A stretch of 63,153 bases of DNA, counting the filler, from Malassezia furfur (lineage: Eukaryota): assembly GCA_052055015.1 (NCBI GenBank). It is 21 parts of 21 records of this genome, joined end to end, with 100 filler letters (N's around TTAATTAATTAA, not from the genome) between each part and the next. Parts side by side here need not be neighbours in the genome. Positions count along the whole stretch, not along the records: positions 60,340 to 63,153 come from JBQJIT010000844.1; 20 more parts are not named here. One strand, 5' to 3'. Positions 62,271-63,153 of this stretch are shown piece after piece (the first letter of the stretch is position 1; each line of letters opens with the position of its first letter). Position numbers and translations under genes: made by a program. The notes under the pieces were generated by a model, which saw only the letters and a list, made by a program, of their open reading frames with translations, had not been told where the DNA came from and did not search any database.

Positions 62271-63153
62271 ATGGGCATCGCCGGGCTGCTCCCCCTGCTG
62301 AAGGATATCCAGGAGGCGACGCATGTCGAAAAGTACCGCGGAAAGACGGTCGGGATCGACGCGTACGTGTGGCTGCACCGCGGCGCGTATGCGTGTGCGT
62401 CCGACCTGGCGCTCGGTCGGCCCACGACGCGCTACGTCGCGTACGCGGTGCACCGGATCCGTATGCTGCGGCACTATGGCGTGATCCCGTACGTGGTGTT
62501 CGATGGCGGGCCGCTGCCGAGCAAGGCGGGCACCGAGGCGGAGCGCGCAGCGTACGTCCCTCTTGGCTCACCCAGGAAACGCGCCGAGCACCGTGCCAAA
62601 GGCCTCGCGCTGCACCAGCAGAACAAGGGGTCTGCGGCGCGCGACGCGTTTGTGCGGTGCGTCGACGTGACGCCGGCGATGGCGCACGAGCTGATCCGCG
62701 TGCTGCGCGCCGAGGGCATCGCGTACGTCGTGGCGCCGTACGAGGCCGACGCCCAACTCGCGTACATGGAGCGGCACGGCCTCATCGACGCGATCATCAC
62801 CGAGGACTCGGACCTGCTCGTGTTCGGGTGCAAGACGGTGCTGTTCAAGCTGGACACGTACGGCCACTGCGTCGAGGTGCAGCAGGCGCGCTTTGCGTCC
62901 ACGCAGCAGATCTCGCTCGAGGGCTGGGGCGCCGACGAGTTCCGGCGCATGGCGATCCTCTCGGGCTGCGACTACCTGCCGTCGATCGTCGGCATGGGGC
63001 TCAAGAACGCGCACCGCTTCTTGCGGCGCTACGAGTCCGTAGACAACGTGCTGCGTGCGCTGCGCCTCGAGGGGAAGCTGCGCGTCCCGCCGAGCTACGC
63101 GGACGACTTCCGCCGCGCCGAGTTCACCTTTGTGCACCAGCGCGTGTGGGACC
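62271..63153 (+). CDS. EXO1: Exonuclease 1 (XPG/RAD2 family), 3'-partial; intron 62552-62575 (24 nt); absent from the ORF track
   Basis: Manual translation gives MGIAGLLPLLK...GKTVGIDAYVWLHRGAYAC, VFDGGPLPSK.GTE.ER, VAPYEADAQLAY, ITEDSDLLVFG and ILSGCDYLPSI.GMGLKNA. Confidence 0.95.
   Translation, partial: MGIAGLLPLLKDIQEATHVEKYRGKTVGIDAYVWLHRGAYACASDLALGRPTTRYVAYAVHRIRMLRHYGVIPYVVFDGGPLPSKAGTEAERAAYVPLGSPRKRAEHRAKGLALHQQNKGSAARDAFVRCVDVTPAMAHELIRVLRAEGIAYVVAPYEADAQLAYMERHGLIDAIITEDSDLLVFGCKTVLFKLDTYGHCVEVQQARFASTQQISLEGWGADEFRRMAILSGCDYLPSIVGMGLKNAHRFLRRYESVDNVLRALRLEGKLRVPPSYADDFRRAEFTFVHQRVWD

Overview
This window is not one locus. It is 21 unrelated contigs of about 2.8-3.0 kb, sorted by decreasing length (2983 to 2814 bp) and joined by an artificial 100-nt linker (N44-TTAATTAATTAA-N44, stop codons in all six frames). 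Neighbourhood across a linker means nothing. The DNA is eukaryotic: a very GC-rich, extremely compact basidiomycete yeast genome, most consistent with Malassezia (inference from GC content, gene density, tiny introns and protein style). It carries mostly housekeeping genes, many cut by contig ends: KOG1, KAP114, MEX67, GPI11, RPC11, TANGO2-like, UTP17, PPX1, a USP12/46-like deubiquitinase, TOM1, UBR1, RIX1, PEX2, SNF7, L2HGDH, ERB1, MscS-like, RPB10, SEC61, alpha-tubulin, CPA2, PRP6, myosin I, NUP192, MAK16, RIO1, PRS, SMD1 and EXO1. There are also two intron-containing tRNA-Phe genes and a tRNA-Ala 3' fragment. I found no CRISPR array, transposon, viral element or clearly new multi-gene system. 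The most interesting real-looking signals are: (i) 27 ultra-short spliceosomal introns of 21-48 nt, several in-frame and stop-free; (ii) one 201-nt intron in the core splicing gene SMD1 that folds into a long hairpin; (iii) tandem tRNA-Phe genes with identical exons but unrelated introns, head-to-head with the Pol III subunit gene RPC11; (iv) an in-frame CWH43-PPX1 fusion ORF. Other striking structures are most likely library or assembly chimeras: a perfect 2.8-kb RIO1 palindrome, a folded-back START-domain gene, a broken TOM1 frame and a 55-nt PRP6 end repeat. These also cast doubt on the fusion. All gene identities come from my recognition of motifs; no database searches were run.
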